DNA of 64,000 nt, taken from NCBI GenBank assembly GCA_964492205.1, contig CAZBJP010000001.1:31781-95780 (forward strand), in the 5' to 3' direction. Position numbers and translations under genes: made by a program. Of this stretch, positions 31,077 through 40,988 are shown piece after piece (position 1 is the stretch's first letter; the number at the start of each line of letters is the position of its first letter). Source of the stretch: an uncultured Sediminibacterium sp. GTDB lineage: Bacteria; Bacteroidota; Bacteroidia; Chitinophagales; Chitinophagaceae. The notes below the pieces were generated by a model. It searched no databases. It was not told where the DNA came from and was given only the letters and a program-made list of their open reading frames with translations.

Positions 31077-31853
31077 TTATAAATCTGAATAAGCCTTTGC
31101 GCGCATTAAAATAATATCTGATTTTGAAACTGTATTCAAGTATTCAGGCAAGTTACTCATATGCTTCCAAGCAGGTGATTCTCCAAAACTTTTCCAGTGG
31201 GCCTCTCTGTCAGCAATATTTTCAAACCTTGTGATATAAATTAAATTAGGCATCCTACTACCAGCAATCACTTTACTATAGAACAAAGCATTGAAATTTA
31301 AGGTAGTAAACAAATCTATTTCTTTGCCCTCATTAAACATATGTACTTTTTTTAGAAACATTGCTTCGTCCACACTTTCATAGCTTCTAAATTCATAAAT
31401 ATTTTCAGGAGATTTTTGAAAAGTTGTATTTTTTTGAAACTGTCCATGAAATTTAAACGACTTAGAAATGGTTGTTTCTACTCTATTATAAGGCAACATA
31501 CCCTCAGTTGTTGATAAACTCAATAAAGGATTAGACTTTAATGGGTCAATTGCTTCTTTTAATTGATCTAACTGATCTAGTTGTTGTAAACGTTTTAAAG
31601 GAATCCAAACTAGAATAATTTTATCTTTTGCCGTATCATTATTGATAGGTTCAAATACGCCCACATTGATAATACCATTTTGGTGTAGATGAGGTAGGTA
31701 TATCTCTTTCAAATAAACATCAACTGCAGCTATCTGTCTTTGTGTGCTACAATGGTACACTTGTGTTACATAATAATCGCGAGGCTTTGTCTTTGTAGCA
31801 GCATAACCACTAATATGGGTTAAAAGAATTAAAATTAAAAATAATTTTTTCAT
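31077..31853 (-). CDS. NIPSNAP family protein, exported
   Basis: IYEFRSYES, KKVHMFNEG.EI, MPNLIY, REAHWKSF; start at MKKLFL. Confidence 0.85.
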   Translation of the reverse strand: MKKLFLILILLTHISGYAATKTKPRDYYVTQVYHCSTQRQIAAVDVYLKEIYLPHLHQNGIINVGVFEPINNDTAKDKIILVWIPLKRLQQLDQLDQLKEAIDPLKSNPLLSLSTTEGMLPYNRVETTISKSFKFHGQFQKNTTFQKSPENIYEFRSYESVDEAMFLKKVHMFNEGKEIDLFTTLNFNALFYSKVIAGSRMPNLIYITRFENIADREAHWKSFGESPAWKHMSNLPEYLNTVSKSDIILMRAKAYSDL

Positions 31854-31857
31854 AGGT

Positions 31858-33096
31858 TTATTTATTTTTTGATTGATGACCATTCCATCCAAAGAAAGCT
31901 ACAATTAAAAACGCTAAAAATGGTATAATATAACCAAACTGTATATTGGCAGTTGCATCAGCAATCATACCAAAAAATCTTGGTAAAATTGCACCTCCAA
32001 CAATAGACATGACGATTAAACTACTTGCCATTTCTGTATCTGCACCCAAATCTTTAATACCTAAAGAAAAAATAGTGGGGAACATAATGGACATAAAATA
32101 ACATATTCCAATAAGTGCATAAATTGTGATCATGCCTTTACCAAAAATAGCCACTAAAGATAATGAAGCTGCTGCAAGGGAAAATAAAATCAATAATTTA
32201 TTAGGTGCAATCACTTTCATCATTGCAGTGCCTGAAAAACGACCTATTAAAAATGCTAAACCGCCTAAACTTAAATAATCTGCAGCTTGTACTTCGGTGA
32301 GGCCTGCAACTGCTATCCCGTAAAGTATGAACAAACTCAATACTGAAACCTGAGCACCTAAATAAAAAAATTGTGCAATTACTGCCCATTTTAAATGCCT
32401 ATGCTTAAATGTTTCTAGAATACTAGATTTAATTTGATTATCCTTTTCTCTAATATCAGGCAATTTTATAAAATAAAATAACACAGCAATAATCAATAAG
32501 ATGATACCCAAAATAGTATAGGGTGTTTTTACCGAATAGGCTTCAGCTGCCAAAGCTGCTTTTTTTGCTGTAATGGTCATCGCACTTAATTCACTATCAG
32601 TATAACCTTTGGTTAATATAATTCTAGCACCAATGGCTGGAGCCAAAGCCACTGCAAGGCCATTAAATGATTGAACCATATTTAATCTTTGTGTTGCAGA
32701 ATTCGGATCGCCCAATGCAGCTGCATAAGGGTTTGCTGCGGTTTCAAGTATAGTTAATCCAGATGCAATGACAAACAAAGCAAATAGGAAATAATTATAA
32801 GACTGATGATTGGCTGCCGGAACAAACAAAAAAGAGCCTATTGAAAATAAAACTAAGCCAGAAATAATGCCCCACTTATAACCCCATTTTTTCATGATAA
32901 ATCCGGCAGGAAGCGCCATAAAAAAATAAGCTGCAAAAACTGCAGAATCTACCAAAGTGGATTGTGTAGTCGTTAATGTAAAAGATTTTTTTAAGTGCGG
33001 AATTAATATAGGATCTAAATTATGTGCAAAACCCCATAGAAAAAATAAACAAGTAATTAATATAAACGGAATTAAAGTGTTTGCTTGTTTTTGCAT
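31858..33096 (-). CDS. fucP: L-fucose:H+ symporter family MFS permease
   Basis: LFFLWGFAHNL, LETAANPY, AQFFYLGAQV, MSIMFPTIF, VMSIVGGA; substrate not proven. Confidence 0.88.
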   Translation of the reverse strand: MQKQANTLIPFILITCLFFLWGFAHNLDPILIPHLKKSFTLTTTQSTLVDSAVFAAYFFMALPAGFIMKKWGYKWGIISGLVLFSIGSFLFVPAANHQSYNYFLFALFVIASGLTILETAANPYAAALGDPNSATQRLNMVQSFNGLAVALAPAIGARIILTKGYTDSELSAMTITAKKAALAAEAYSVKTPYTILGIILLIIAVLFYFIKLPDIREKDNQIKSSILETFKHRHLKWAVIAQFFYLGAQVSVLSLFILYGIAVAGLTEVQAADYLSLGGLAFLIGRFSGTAMMKVIAPNKLLILFSLAAASLSLVAIFGKGMITIYALIGICYFMSIMFPTIFSLGIKDLGADTEMASSLIVMSIVGGAILPRFFGMIADATANIQFGYIIPFLAFLIVAFFGWNGHQSKNK

Positions 33097-33106
33097 GGGT
33101 TGATTT

Positions 33107-33520
33107 TTATTTTAAAATCTCATTGAATTCAATTCTTTCACCATCTGGACCAAGTATATTGAAATATTTGCATCCCTTTGTCCAAAATGATAAAAAAACT
33201 GGTGCAGGCTCTTGAACTGCATAGCCATTATTAATCATGTTCATAAAACAGGCTTCTACATTATCTACGTCAAATGCAATATGATCTATATGCCCATTTC
33301 CTCTGGCTTTTACAGCTGGCAGTTCAGATGATGGCATTTGATATAGTTCAACAATAACTTCCCCATTTTGCATCATAACCACCTCTCCTTTTTCATTGTT
33401 CATATCAAATTGAGCTTGCATACAATTAGAAAATCCAAGACCTTCATAAAAAGGAACAGAAATTTTTAAATCTGTGACAGGTATACCAATATGTTGTAAT
33501 TTATTAATTTTCAGTTCCAT
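33107..33520 (-). CDS. VOC / glyoxalase family protein
   Basis: LQHIGIPV, VELYQ, IDHIAFDV, GPDGERIEF. Confidence 0.9.
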   Translation of the reverse strand: MELKINKLQHIGIPVTDLKISVPFYEGLGFSNCMQAQFDMNNEKGEVVMMQNGEVIVELYQMPSSELPAVKARGNGHIDHIAFDVDNVEACFMNMINNGYAVQEPAPVFLSFWTKGCKYFNILGPDGERIEFNEILK

Positions 33521-33571
33521 GTTTTATTAAATTAAATAGTTTGATTATGGTCAAAATAGTTGTTTCAATTA

Positions 33572-35104
33572 CTATTTAACAAGTGCTAAATGATACTCTT
33601 GAATCAAAGCTGGATTTTCTGGACTCAATGTAAAACTTAATTTTAGATTTTGTTTCGATCCTTCCAAAATACAAAAGCCTCTCAATTGATTTTCTGCAAC
33701 CATTTTCCCAATTGTTTTAATTGCCCCAGCTTGTTCGAATAATTGTTTTGCCTCAATCTTCAACTGATCAATTAAATAATCATCAAAAAAGTTTTCGGCA
33801 AAAATAGAAGGCATATTTACCCAGTTAGGTAAAATTTGAATAAGTTCTTTTTGGCGCTGCTCTAGAATAGGAGATACTGCCACTATTCTTGGTTGTAGTT
33901 TAGCAATTTGAACTAAAGTATCCAAGACAATCAAATTCATCGTTGAAGTTGGCGCATAAGTATGATTGGCAAAAAAGATCACACCTAAACCATACTCAGG
34001 CAAAAAGCGCCAATTGCTTCCAAAACCAGGCAATCCACCACTATGGCCAATACTAGTTTTACCCTCTGCATCATGCATCCAATTTAATCCATAACTATAA
34101 CTTGTCGTAGTAGCAAGTTTTTTCCCAGATGGAAATTGATAATTGGGGTTTAAACCAATAAAAGAGTAAGGCTGATGCATCTCTCTTACGGTACTTCTTT
34201 TAATCACTTTGTTTTCTGGATCATTTCTTTCCGGCCATGCAGCTTGATGCAAGGCGACATATTTTGCATAATCGCTGATAGATGTAATCATCCCGCCCAT
34301 GGCACCATAGATGCCATCTTTAAGCAATGGTACATTGACCCAATTACCATTGATGGTTCTGTAGCCCTTTGCTAAATTTTCTTTTGGAATTTTTGTGTAT
34401 TCGTAAGTTGTATGATTCATCCCTAAGGGATCTAAAATGGACTGCTTAATATACTTATCATAGGACAATCCTGATACCTGATGAATAATATAACCTAACA
34501 TGGCAAAACCAAGATTACTATATTCATAATAAGCGCCTGTAGTATTTGAAAACGAAAGACCTTTTTCAATCAAGGCAATTAAATCGGCTTCAGAATCAGA
34601 TAATTGTCTGTCGCCCCATGGGTTGTCTTCTGGAAAACCAGCTTGATGCGACATTAAATGCCGAATTGTAATTGGTGCTCCATCTTTGGTTAAAACCTGA
34701 CCTTTCATTGACGGAATATATTGGTCAACAGGATCATCCAACTTCAACTTCCCAGCATCTCTTAATTGAAGGATTGCCATTGTTGTAAAACTTTTAGACA
34801 TAGATGCGATACGGAACATGGTCTCCTCATTTGCTGGAATTTTTTCCTCTATATTGGCCCAGCCTCCTACATTTTTATATAATAATTCACCGTCTAATAT
34901 AATAGCAAATGCATAAGCAGGAAGATGATTTTTTTCTGCATAAGACTTATATAAGGCATCCACTATTGGTATTGCTGCCTGTAATTTTACCTTTCTGTTT
35001 TCGTCTGCAAATGCAGCAGGTTTGAATTGAAGAGCAGTTTGCGTAAAACCAGTCGTAAGCATAAACTGTGTTACAAATAACCCTATTAATAATCTTATTT
35101 TCAT
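33572..35104 (-). CDS. Serine hydrolase (beta-lactamase family)
   Basis: FRIASMSKS, YEYSNLG, GHSGGLPGF. Confidence 0.92.
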   Translation of the reverse strand: MKIRLLIGLFVTQFMLTTGFTQTALQFKPAAFADENRKVKLQAAIPIVDALYKSYAEKNHLPAYAFAIILDGELLYKNVGGWANIEEKIPANEETMFRIASMSKSFTTMAILQLRDAGKLKLDDPVDQYIPSMKGQVLTKDGAPITIRHLMSHQAGFPEDNPWGDRQLSDSEADLIALIEKGLSFSNTTGAYYEYSNLGFAMLGYIIHQVSGLSYDKYIKQSILDPLGMNHTTYEYTKIPKENLAKGYRTINGNWVNVPLLKDGIYGAMGGMITSISDYAKYVALHQAAWPERNDPENKVIKRSTVREMHQPYSFIGLNPNYQFPSGKKLATTTSYSYGLNWMHDAEGKTSIGHSGGLPGFGSNWRFLPEYGLGVIFFANHTYAPTSTMNLIVLDTLVQIAKLQPRIVAVSPILEQRQKELIQILPNWVNMPSIFAENFFDDYLIDQLKIEAKQLFEQAGAIKTIGKMVAENQLRGFCILEGSKQNLKLSFTLSPENPALIQEYHLALVK

Positions 35105-35176
35105 GGTATTGTATTCATCACAATTTAGGTTTTAATTGAAAAAAATGAAGTAATTTTCTTTACTTAATTAACAGCT

Positions 35177-37660
35177 ATGCGTAAACAACTTTTTTTAGTA
35201 TTATTTGCTTTCCCTTTACTCATTTTTGGTCAACAGAAGGCCAACTACGACCTTGCGGCAAGATTCTCTCCAAAAAAATTGGAGAAGATGATATTCTCTT
35301 TATCTGTAGATCCCCATTGGCTTAAACAATCCAACAAGTTTTGGTATGTCTACGAAACTAGTGAGGGAAAACAATGGATGATTGTAGATCCTACAAAAAA
35401 CGAAAAGAAGGCCATGTTCGACAAAGAACAATTAGCTGCTGCTTTAACAAAAATTATAAAAGACCCCTTTGATGCTCAACATCTTCCAATTGATTCTTTG
35501 AAATTTATTAAAGATGAAAATTGGATTCAATTTGAAGTAAAAAGTAGTATTGACATTGATAAGCCAGGTGCTACCAAAAAAGATGGTAAGGCCGAAAAAA
35601 TAAAGAAAATATTTTATTTTGAATACAACTTGAACACTGCTCAACTAAACGAACTGGTTGGTTTTACAAAACCTAAAAAGAAACCAAGCTGGGCTAATAT
35701 AGCACCTGATCAATCTAAAGTTGTATTTGGCAGAAATTACAACCTCTATTATATGGACAAAGCGAATTACGAAAAAGCGTTGATCAATGAGGAGGATAGT
35801 ACAATTGTAGAGACAGCTATTACAAAAGATGGTATTCAAAATTTTAGTTGGCATAGTGAAGGTGGCGCTGGTGGCGGGGGAGAAACCAATGTAGATGCTG
35901 AGAAAAATAAAAACAAAAGAAAGCCAGTATTTGGCTATTGGAGTGAAGATAGCAAACAGCTTTCCATTGTAAAAGTAGACAATAGAAAAGTAAAAGATCT
36001 TTGGGTAATTAATAGTATTGCTGATCCAAGACCAACACTTGAAACTTACAAATATTGGATGCCCGGTGAAAAAGAAGCACCGATAGATCATTTGATGTTA
36101 GTAGACATGATTAATTATACCAACAAAGAAATCAATGTATCACAATACAAAGACCAAGACATTTCTTTGTGGAATAAGTCTGCGGCAGTCAATGCCAGAG
36201 ATGATGAATTTAAGCCAATGGTTTGGTTGGGCACCAATGATCAGTTATATCTTGCAAGAACAAGCCGTGATCTAAAAAAGATTGATCAATGTGTGGTTAA
36301 TACTAAAACAGGAGAAGTAAAAGTTGTTGTAGCAGAAGAAATGAATACTTCCATTGAAATAAAAAAACCATTTTTGATAAAAAATGGTGTTGAATTAATT
36401 GAGTGGAGTGAACGTGATGGATGGGCTCACCTATATCTATATGATGGACAAGGAAAATTAAAAAATCAAATTACACAAGGTGCATGGCATGTGGAAGAAA
36501 TCATTGCAGTAGATGAAGCGAAAAGAGTGGTGTATTTTTCTGCAAACGGAAAAGAAAGATTAGCTAATGGAGATAAAGAAGATCCCTATTACTTGCATTT
36601 GTACAAAATTAATCTTGATGGCACAGGATTACAATTATTAAATGTGGGCAATTTTGACCACAGCTTTAGTTTAAATGACAATAAAACTTATTTTGTCAAC
36701 AATGCTTCAAGGGTCAATACAATTCCAGTTGCAAGTCTATATAATATAGATGGTAAAAAATTAATGGAATTAGAAACTGCCGATTTAACTAGTCTATTTG
36801 CAACCGGCTATAAATTTCCAGAAACTTTTAAAGTAAAAGCTGATGATGGCATTACAGATTTATATGGTGTCATGTACAAACCATATGACTTTGACAGTAG
36901 CAAGAAGTATCCAATTATAGAATATGTGTATCCCGGCCCTCAAACAGAGTCAGTAAACAAAACATTTAGCAAAGGCATGGATCGTATCGATCGACTTGCT
37001 CAATTAGGTTTTGTGGTGGTGACAATGGGTAATAGAGGAGGACATCCTGCAAGAAGCAAATGGTATCATAATTATGGTTATGGCAATTTAAGAGACTATG
37101 GTCTTGCAGATAAAAAAGTAACAATTGAGCAATTAGCAGACAGGTATTCATTTATTGATCGTAACAAGGTGGGCATTCACGGTCATAGTGGTGGTGGATT
37201 TATGAGTACTGCTGCTATGTTGGTCTACCCAGATATATTTAAAGTAGCTGTAAGTAATGCAGGCAATCATGATAATAGCGTGTACAATAGATGGTGGAGT
37301 GAAAAGCATCATGGTGTAAAAGAAACTATTTCTGAAAAAGGCGACACGACTTTTAGTTATATGATAGATAAAAATCCAGACCTTGCTAAAAACTTAAAAG
37401 GAAAATTATTGCTGATACATGGAGAAATCGACAACAATGTGCACCCAGCCAATACTTTAAGAGTGGTGAATGCATTGATTAAAGCAAACAAACGCTTTGA
37501 TATGTTAATCTTACCTACACAAAGACATGGCTTTGGTGATATGAATGAATATTGGTTCTGGAGAACTGCAGATTATTTTGCCAAGTATTTATTAGGAGAT
37601 CATACAGAGCGATCGGTGGATATAGAAGAATTAATTAAAGATATAGAACAAAAAAAATAG
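35177..37660 (+). CDS. S9 family dipeptidyl peptidase IV-like protein
   Basis: YPGP, GHSGGG nucleophile elbow, HGEIDNNVH, QRHG. Confidence 0.94.
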   Translation: MRKQLFLVLFAFPLLIFGQQKANYDLAARFSPKKLEKMIFSLSVDPHWLKQSNKFWYVYETSEGKQWMIVDPTKNEKKAMFDKEQLAAALTKIIKDPFDAQHLPIDSLKFIKDENWIQFEVKSSIDIDKPGATKKDGKAEKIKKIFYFEYNLNTAQLNELVGFTKPKKKPSWANIAPDQSKVVFGRNYNLYYMDKANYEKALINEEDSTIVETAITKDGIQNFSWHSEGGAGGGGETNVDAEKNKNKRKPVFGYWSEDSKQLSIVKVDNRKVKDLWVINSIADPRPTLETYKYWMPGEKEAPIDHLMLVDMINYTNKEINVSQYKDQDISLWNKSAAVNARDDEFKPMVWLGTNDQLYLARTSRDLKKIDQCVVNTKTGEVKVVVAEEMNTSIEIKKPFLIKNGVELIEWSERDGWAHLYLYDGQGKLKNQITQGAWHVEEIIAVDEAKRVVYFSANGKERLANGDKEDPYYLHLYKINLDGTGLQLLNVGNFDHSFSLNDNKTYFVNNASRVNTIPVASLYNIDGKKLMELETADLTSLFATGYKFPETFKVKADDGITDLYGVMYKPYDFDSSKKYPIIEYVYPGPQTESVNKTFSKGMDRIDRLAQLGFVVVTMGNRGGHPARSKWYHNYGYGNLRDYGLADKKVTIEQLADRYSFIDRNKVGIHGHSGGGFMSTAAMLVYPDIFKVAVSNAGNHDNSVYNRWWSEKHHGVKETISEKGDTTFSYMIDKNPDLAKNLKGKLLLIHGEIDNNVHPANTLRVVNALIKANKRFDMLILPTQRHGFGDMNEYWFWRTADYFAKYLLGDHTERSVDIEELIKDIEQKK

Positions 37661-37680
37661 TATTTCTAATACTCCGTCTA

Positions 37681-37708
37681 AAAATGCCCCGATAAATTGG
37701 GGCATTTT
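37681..37708. terminator. Bidirectional intrinsic terminator
   Basis: AAAATGCCCCG...TGGGGCATTTT between convergent genes. Confidence 0.78.
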
Positions 37709-38876
37709 ATTTTATTAATCTTTCGCATTTTTTCCAATACCCAAAGAAACTTGGATAATAGCCTGACACTTCTGGAAAGAGCCAATCTCTTTGTTCTTGA
37801 GTACCTTGATAATGAATTGTTGTAGGGTGCTCTTTGTAATAGATAGTTGGTACCGGATTTTTTACAGTTTTAATTTGTTGTAATAAAGATTCAAAATTTC
37901 CAATAAATACCTGAATTCCTGCAATATTTTTTTGTGCCAAATCAATAATAAATTGCAAAACATTTTCAGCTATAGGGAACTTCACATAATGATTTGGTTC
38001 TAACAATAAAATTCGATTTGCTTTTTCGGTGGCATACCATAGTGGATCAAGGTTAAAACTATTGTAAATACAAAACGGTAAACTATTATCGATTTTATTT
38101 AGATTGAATTTTTCAAGTCTGTTAGTTTGTTGTACTTTCTCTAAAATTTGCAAAGTATTGATTTCGAATATTTGATCTCGCGACTGTGTTAAGCTTATAC
38201 TATGCCCAGTTTGAATTTGCCCAGTATTGTTAAAAATAGCTTCTGGTAGTTTTTCATAAGACCTATCCAAAAATGTGTCTTGCTGTTTTGTATTAGTATA
38301 TTTATTGATATTATCTTGATTAGCTACATATTGCTTACTGCTGAATGTGCCTGCAACCCATTGCCAACTTAAAAAATTGGCTGCAGGATCATGATCTAAT
38401 AAATAGGCATACATCCACTTTGCGCCAGGCAGCCAAGCTGCTTTAAAAATATTGGTGTGCAGCATCGAAATATACATACGCAAATGGTTGTGTAAATAAC
38501 CTTGCTCATATAATTGTCGAATAGCATCATCAATAGCTAATATACCAGTTGAAGCGTTCGTGATAACATTAGGAGGCTGCGCTAATAGTACATTCGATTG
38601 AGGTGATTTTAGGTCCTGTAAAATTAAATCACCTTTTACTTGCCATACTCTTTGAAAATATTCCCTCCAAGCCATTTGTTGCATGAATCCTATCCATGCT
38701 TGTTTCTTGTATTTGCCCCTAAGCGTATCCATGATCAATAATGGACTCAAAAAGCCTCTTGAAATATAGGGGGACCATCTAGTAATAGCTCCATTGGTAT
38801 AATTTCTGGTAGCATGATAACTTGATGGGTTGTAAGCATTCAATTGATTCAATAGCCGGTCATAAGTCATATGCAT
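37707..38876 (-). CDS. Short photolyase with N-terminal FAD-binding domain (NewPHL-like inverted domain order)
   Basis: TRWSPYI, QQMAWREYF, GYLHNHLRMY, LLDHDPAANFLSWQWVAGT all in the first 180 aa; 389 aa total. Confidence 0.82.
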   Translation of the reverse strand: MHMTYDRLLNQLNAYNPSSYHATRNYTNGAITRWSPYISRGFLSPLLIMDTLRGKYKKQAWIGFMQQMAWREYFQRVWQVKGDLILQDLKSPQSNVLLAQPPNVITNASTGILAIDDAIRQLYEQGYLHNHLRMYISMLHTNIFKAAWLPGAKWMYAYLLDHDPAANFLSWQWVAGTFSSKQYVANQDNINKYTNTKQQDTFLDRSYEKLPEAIFNNTGQIQTGHSISLTQSRDQIFEINTLQILEKVQQTNRLEKFNLNKIDNSLPFCIYNSFNLDPLWYATEKANRILLLEPNHYVKFPIAENVLQFIIDLAQKNIAGIQVFIGNFESLLQQIKTVKNPVPTIYYKEHPTTIHYQGTQEQRDWLFPEVSGYYPSFFGYWKKCERLIK

Positions 38877-38935
38877 TGAGGTAGAGTATTATAACTAATC
38901 AATGAACAATTTTGACTCAAAAATGTTTAAAATAC

Positions 38936-40432
38936 ATGCAAGTTCAGCTCGTTTTTCCTCATCAATTATTCAATCAATCTGAATTGATAGCCAATAGTGG
39001 TGATTTTTACCTCATCGAGTCAGATTTGTATTTCTTACAATATCAGTTTCATCAACAAAAAATTTTGTTTCATAGAGCCACTATGAAATACTATGCAGGT
39101 TTAATTACTCAGAGAGGATGCAACTGTCACTATATTGAGGCACACGATCCATTTGCTAACATTCAGAATTTAGTAAAAATGCTAGCAAATAAGGGTATAG
39201 AGAAAATTAAATTGTATGACCCTTGTGACAACTGGTTGGATAAAAAATTAAAAAATGCCTGTTCGAAAAACAATATTGAATTGATCTACTTACCTAGTCC
39301 CAATTTTTTAAACAATCAATCAGATGATATAGAATTACTTGGTCATAAAAAAAGCTATTTCCAAACGAGTTTTTATACTGAACAAAGAAAATATAGAAAA
39401 ATTTTAATTGATCAAGATGGGAGTCCAATTGGAGGACAATGGAGTTATGACGTAGAGAACAGGAAAAAAATTCCAAAAAATACAGCTATCCCTGCCATTC
39501 ATTTTTTTGAAGCAAACCCTTTTATCCTTGAAGCAACTGATTATGTAAAAGCAAAGTTCAAAAATAATCCGGGAAAAAATGTGGCGCCATTTAATACAGC
39601 AGATAAAGGCTTGTATTATCCTGTAACACATGCTGATGCAAAAAAAGCGATGGAACTGTTTATTGAAGAAAAATTAACAGTATTTGGAATATACGAAGAT
39701 GCCATGTTAGTGGCAGAGAAAACTTTATTCCATAGCGTACTTAGTCCCCTAATCAATGTGGGATTGATTCAGCCAAATGAATTATTAAACGCACTAATAA
39801 AAGCTTACCAATCAGAAAAAGCACCTATTAATAGTATTGAAGGAATTATAAGGCAGATTATCGGATGGAGAGAATTTGTGCAATTGACCTATAGAAAAAT
39901 TGGAAGTCAACAAAGAACAAAAAATTTTTGGGGCTTTACCAAAAAAATGCCTGCTTCCTTTTATAACGGTACAACAGGAATAGCGCCAGTAGATATTAGT
40001 ATCAAAAAATTGCTTGAATCAGGCTACAACCATCATATTGAAAGATTGATGGTATTGGGTAATTTTATGTTGTTATGTGAAATACATCCAGATGAAGTAT
40101 ACAAGTGGTTTATGGAAATGTATATAGATGCTTATGATTGGGTAATGGTACCTAATGTATACGGTATGTCACAATTTGCAGACGGCGGAATGATTACGAC
40201 TAAACCCTATATCTGCGGATCAAATTATTTAATGAAGATGGGGGATTTTCCAAAAGGAGCATGGCAAGAAATTTGGGATGGCTTGTTTTGGCGTTTCTTA
40301 TCTAAACAGCGTGTCGTTTTTTCAAAAAATCCAAGATGGGCCATGTTATTAAGTACGTGGGATAAAATGCCAGAAGAAAAAAGAGCTGTACATCTGAAAA
40401 ATGCCGAAGACTTTTTAAAAAATTTAAAATAG
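38936..40432 (+). CDS. Bacterial (6-4) photolyase-type cryptochrome/photolyase (PhrB/CryB-related)
   Basis: LVFPHQL, FHQQKI, GGQWSYDVENRK, EGIIRQIIGWREF, YNHHIERLM, DAYDWVMVPNV. Confidence 0.9.
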   Translation: MQVQLVFPHQLFNQSELIANSGDFYLIESDLYFLQYQFHQQKILFHRATMKYYAGLITQRGCNCHYIEAHDPFANIQNLVKMLANKGIEKIKLYDPCDNWLDKKLKNACSKNNIELIYLPSPNFLNNQSDDIELLGHKKSYFQTSFYTEQRKYRKILIDQDGSPIGGQWSYDVENRKKIPKNTAIPAIHFFEANPFILEATDYVKAKFKNNPGKNVAPFNTADKGLYYPVTHADAKKAMELFIEEKLTVFGIYEDAMLVAEKTLFHSVLSPLINVGLIQPNELLNALIKAYQSEKAPINSIEGIIRQIIGWREFVQLTYRKIGSQQRTKNFWGFTKKMPASFYNGTTGIAPVDISIKKLLESGYNHHIERLMVLGNFMLLCEIHPDEVYKWFMEMYIDAYDWVMVPNVYGMSQFADGGMITTKPYICGSNYLMKMGDFPKGAWQEIWDGLFWRFLSKQRVVFSKNPRWAMLLSTWDKMPEEKRAVHLKNAEDFLKNLK

Positions 40433-40436
40433 TAAA

Positions 40437-40757
40437 ATGAATAGTGTCTCAAAGATTATTAATAGACCCACAGATCCAATATTAAAATCCGACTGGGAAG
40501 AAAAAGACAGGGATCGCATTATTGAGATGGCTTGGGAAGACAGAACACCTTTTGAAGCAATTCACTTTCAATTTGGATTGAGCGAAAAAGAAGTGATTGA
40601 ATTTATGCGAGCCAATTCTAAACCTTCTAGTTTTAGGATGTGGCGTAAACGCATGGCATCCAGAAAGACAAAACATGCTGTGTTAAGAAATACAGATGTG
40701 ATAAGATTCAAGTGTAGTAGACAGAAAGCGAGTGGAAATAAAATTTCAAAAAGATAG
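40437..40757 (+). CDS. TIGR03643 / DUF2805 family protein
   Basis: RIIEMAWEDRTPFEAI..QFGL.E.EVI..MR...SFRMWRKR. Confidence 0.92.
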   Translation: MNSVSKIINRPTDPILKSDWEEKDRDRIIEMAWEDRTPFEAIHFQFGLSEKEVIEFMRANSKPSSFRMWRKRMASRKTKHAVLRNTDVIRFKCSRQKASGNKISKR

Positions 40758-40782
40758 CGCGACTTATTGAGTCGCGCTATCT
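40752..40782 (-). terminator. Intrinsic terminator hairpin between convergent genes
   Basis: AGATAGCGCGACT/AGTCGCGCTATCT 13-bp stem; U-tract on the minus strand. Confidence 0.78.
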
Positions 40783-40833
40783 AAAAAAATAGAAATAAAT
40801 TTTTAACTGTACGCCTTGTAGATGTGTTTTTAA

Positions 40834-40986
40834 TTAAGCTTGCTGTTTGGGTTTGTGTTTTTTACAACCCTCACTACAATACTGTACTTCCTCCCAACAC
40901 CTTTCCCATTTTTTGCGCCAACTAAATGGACGCCCGCAAGCTTTACATATTTTTTCAGGCAGATCTTGTTTTTTCACACCTTTCAT
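40834..40986 (-). CDS. DUF2256 small Cys-rich protein
   Basis: [39 protein letters not shown]. Confidence 0.9.
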   Translation of the reverse strand: MKGVKKQDLPEKICKACGRPFSWRKKWERCWEEVQYCSEGCKKHKPKQQA

Positions 40987-40988
40987 AC

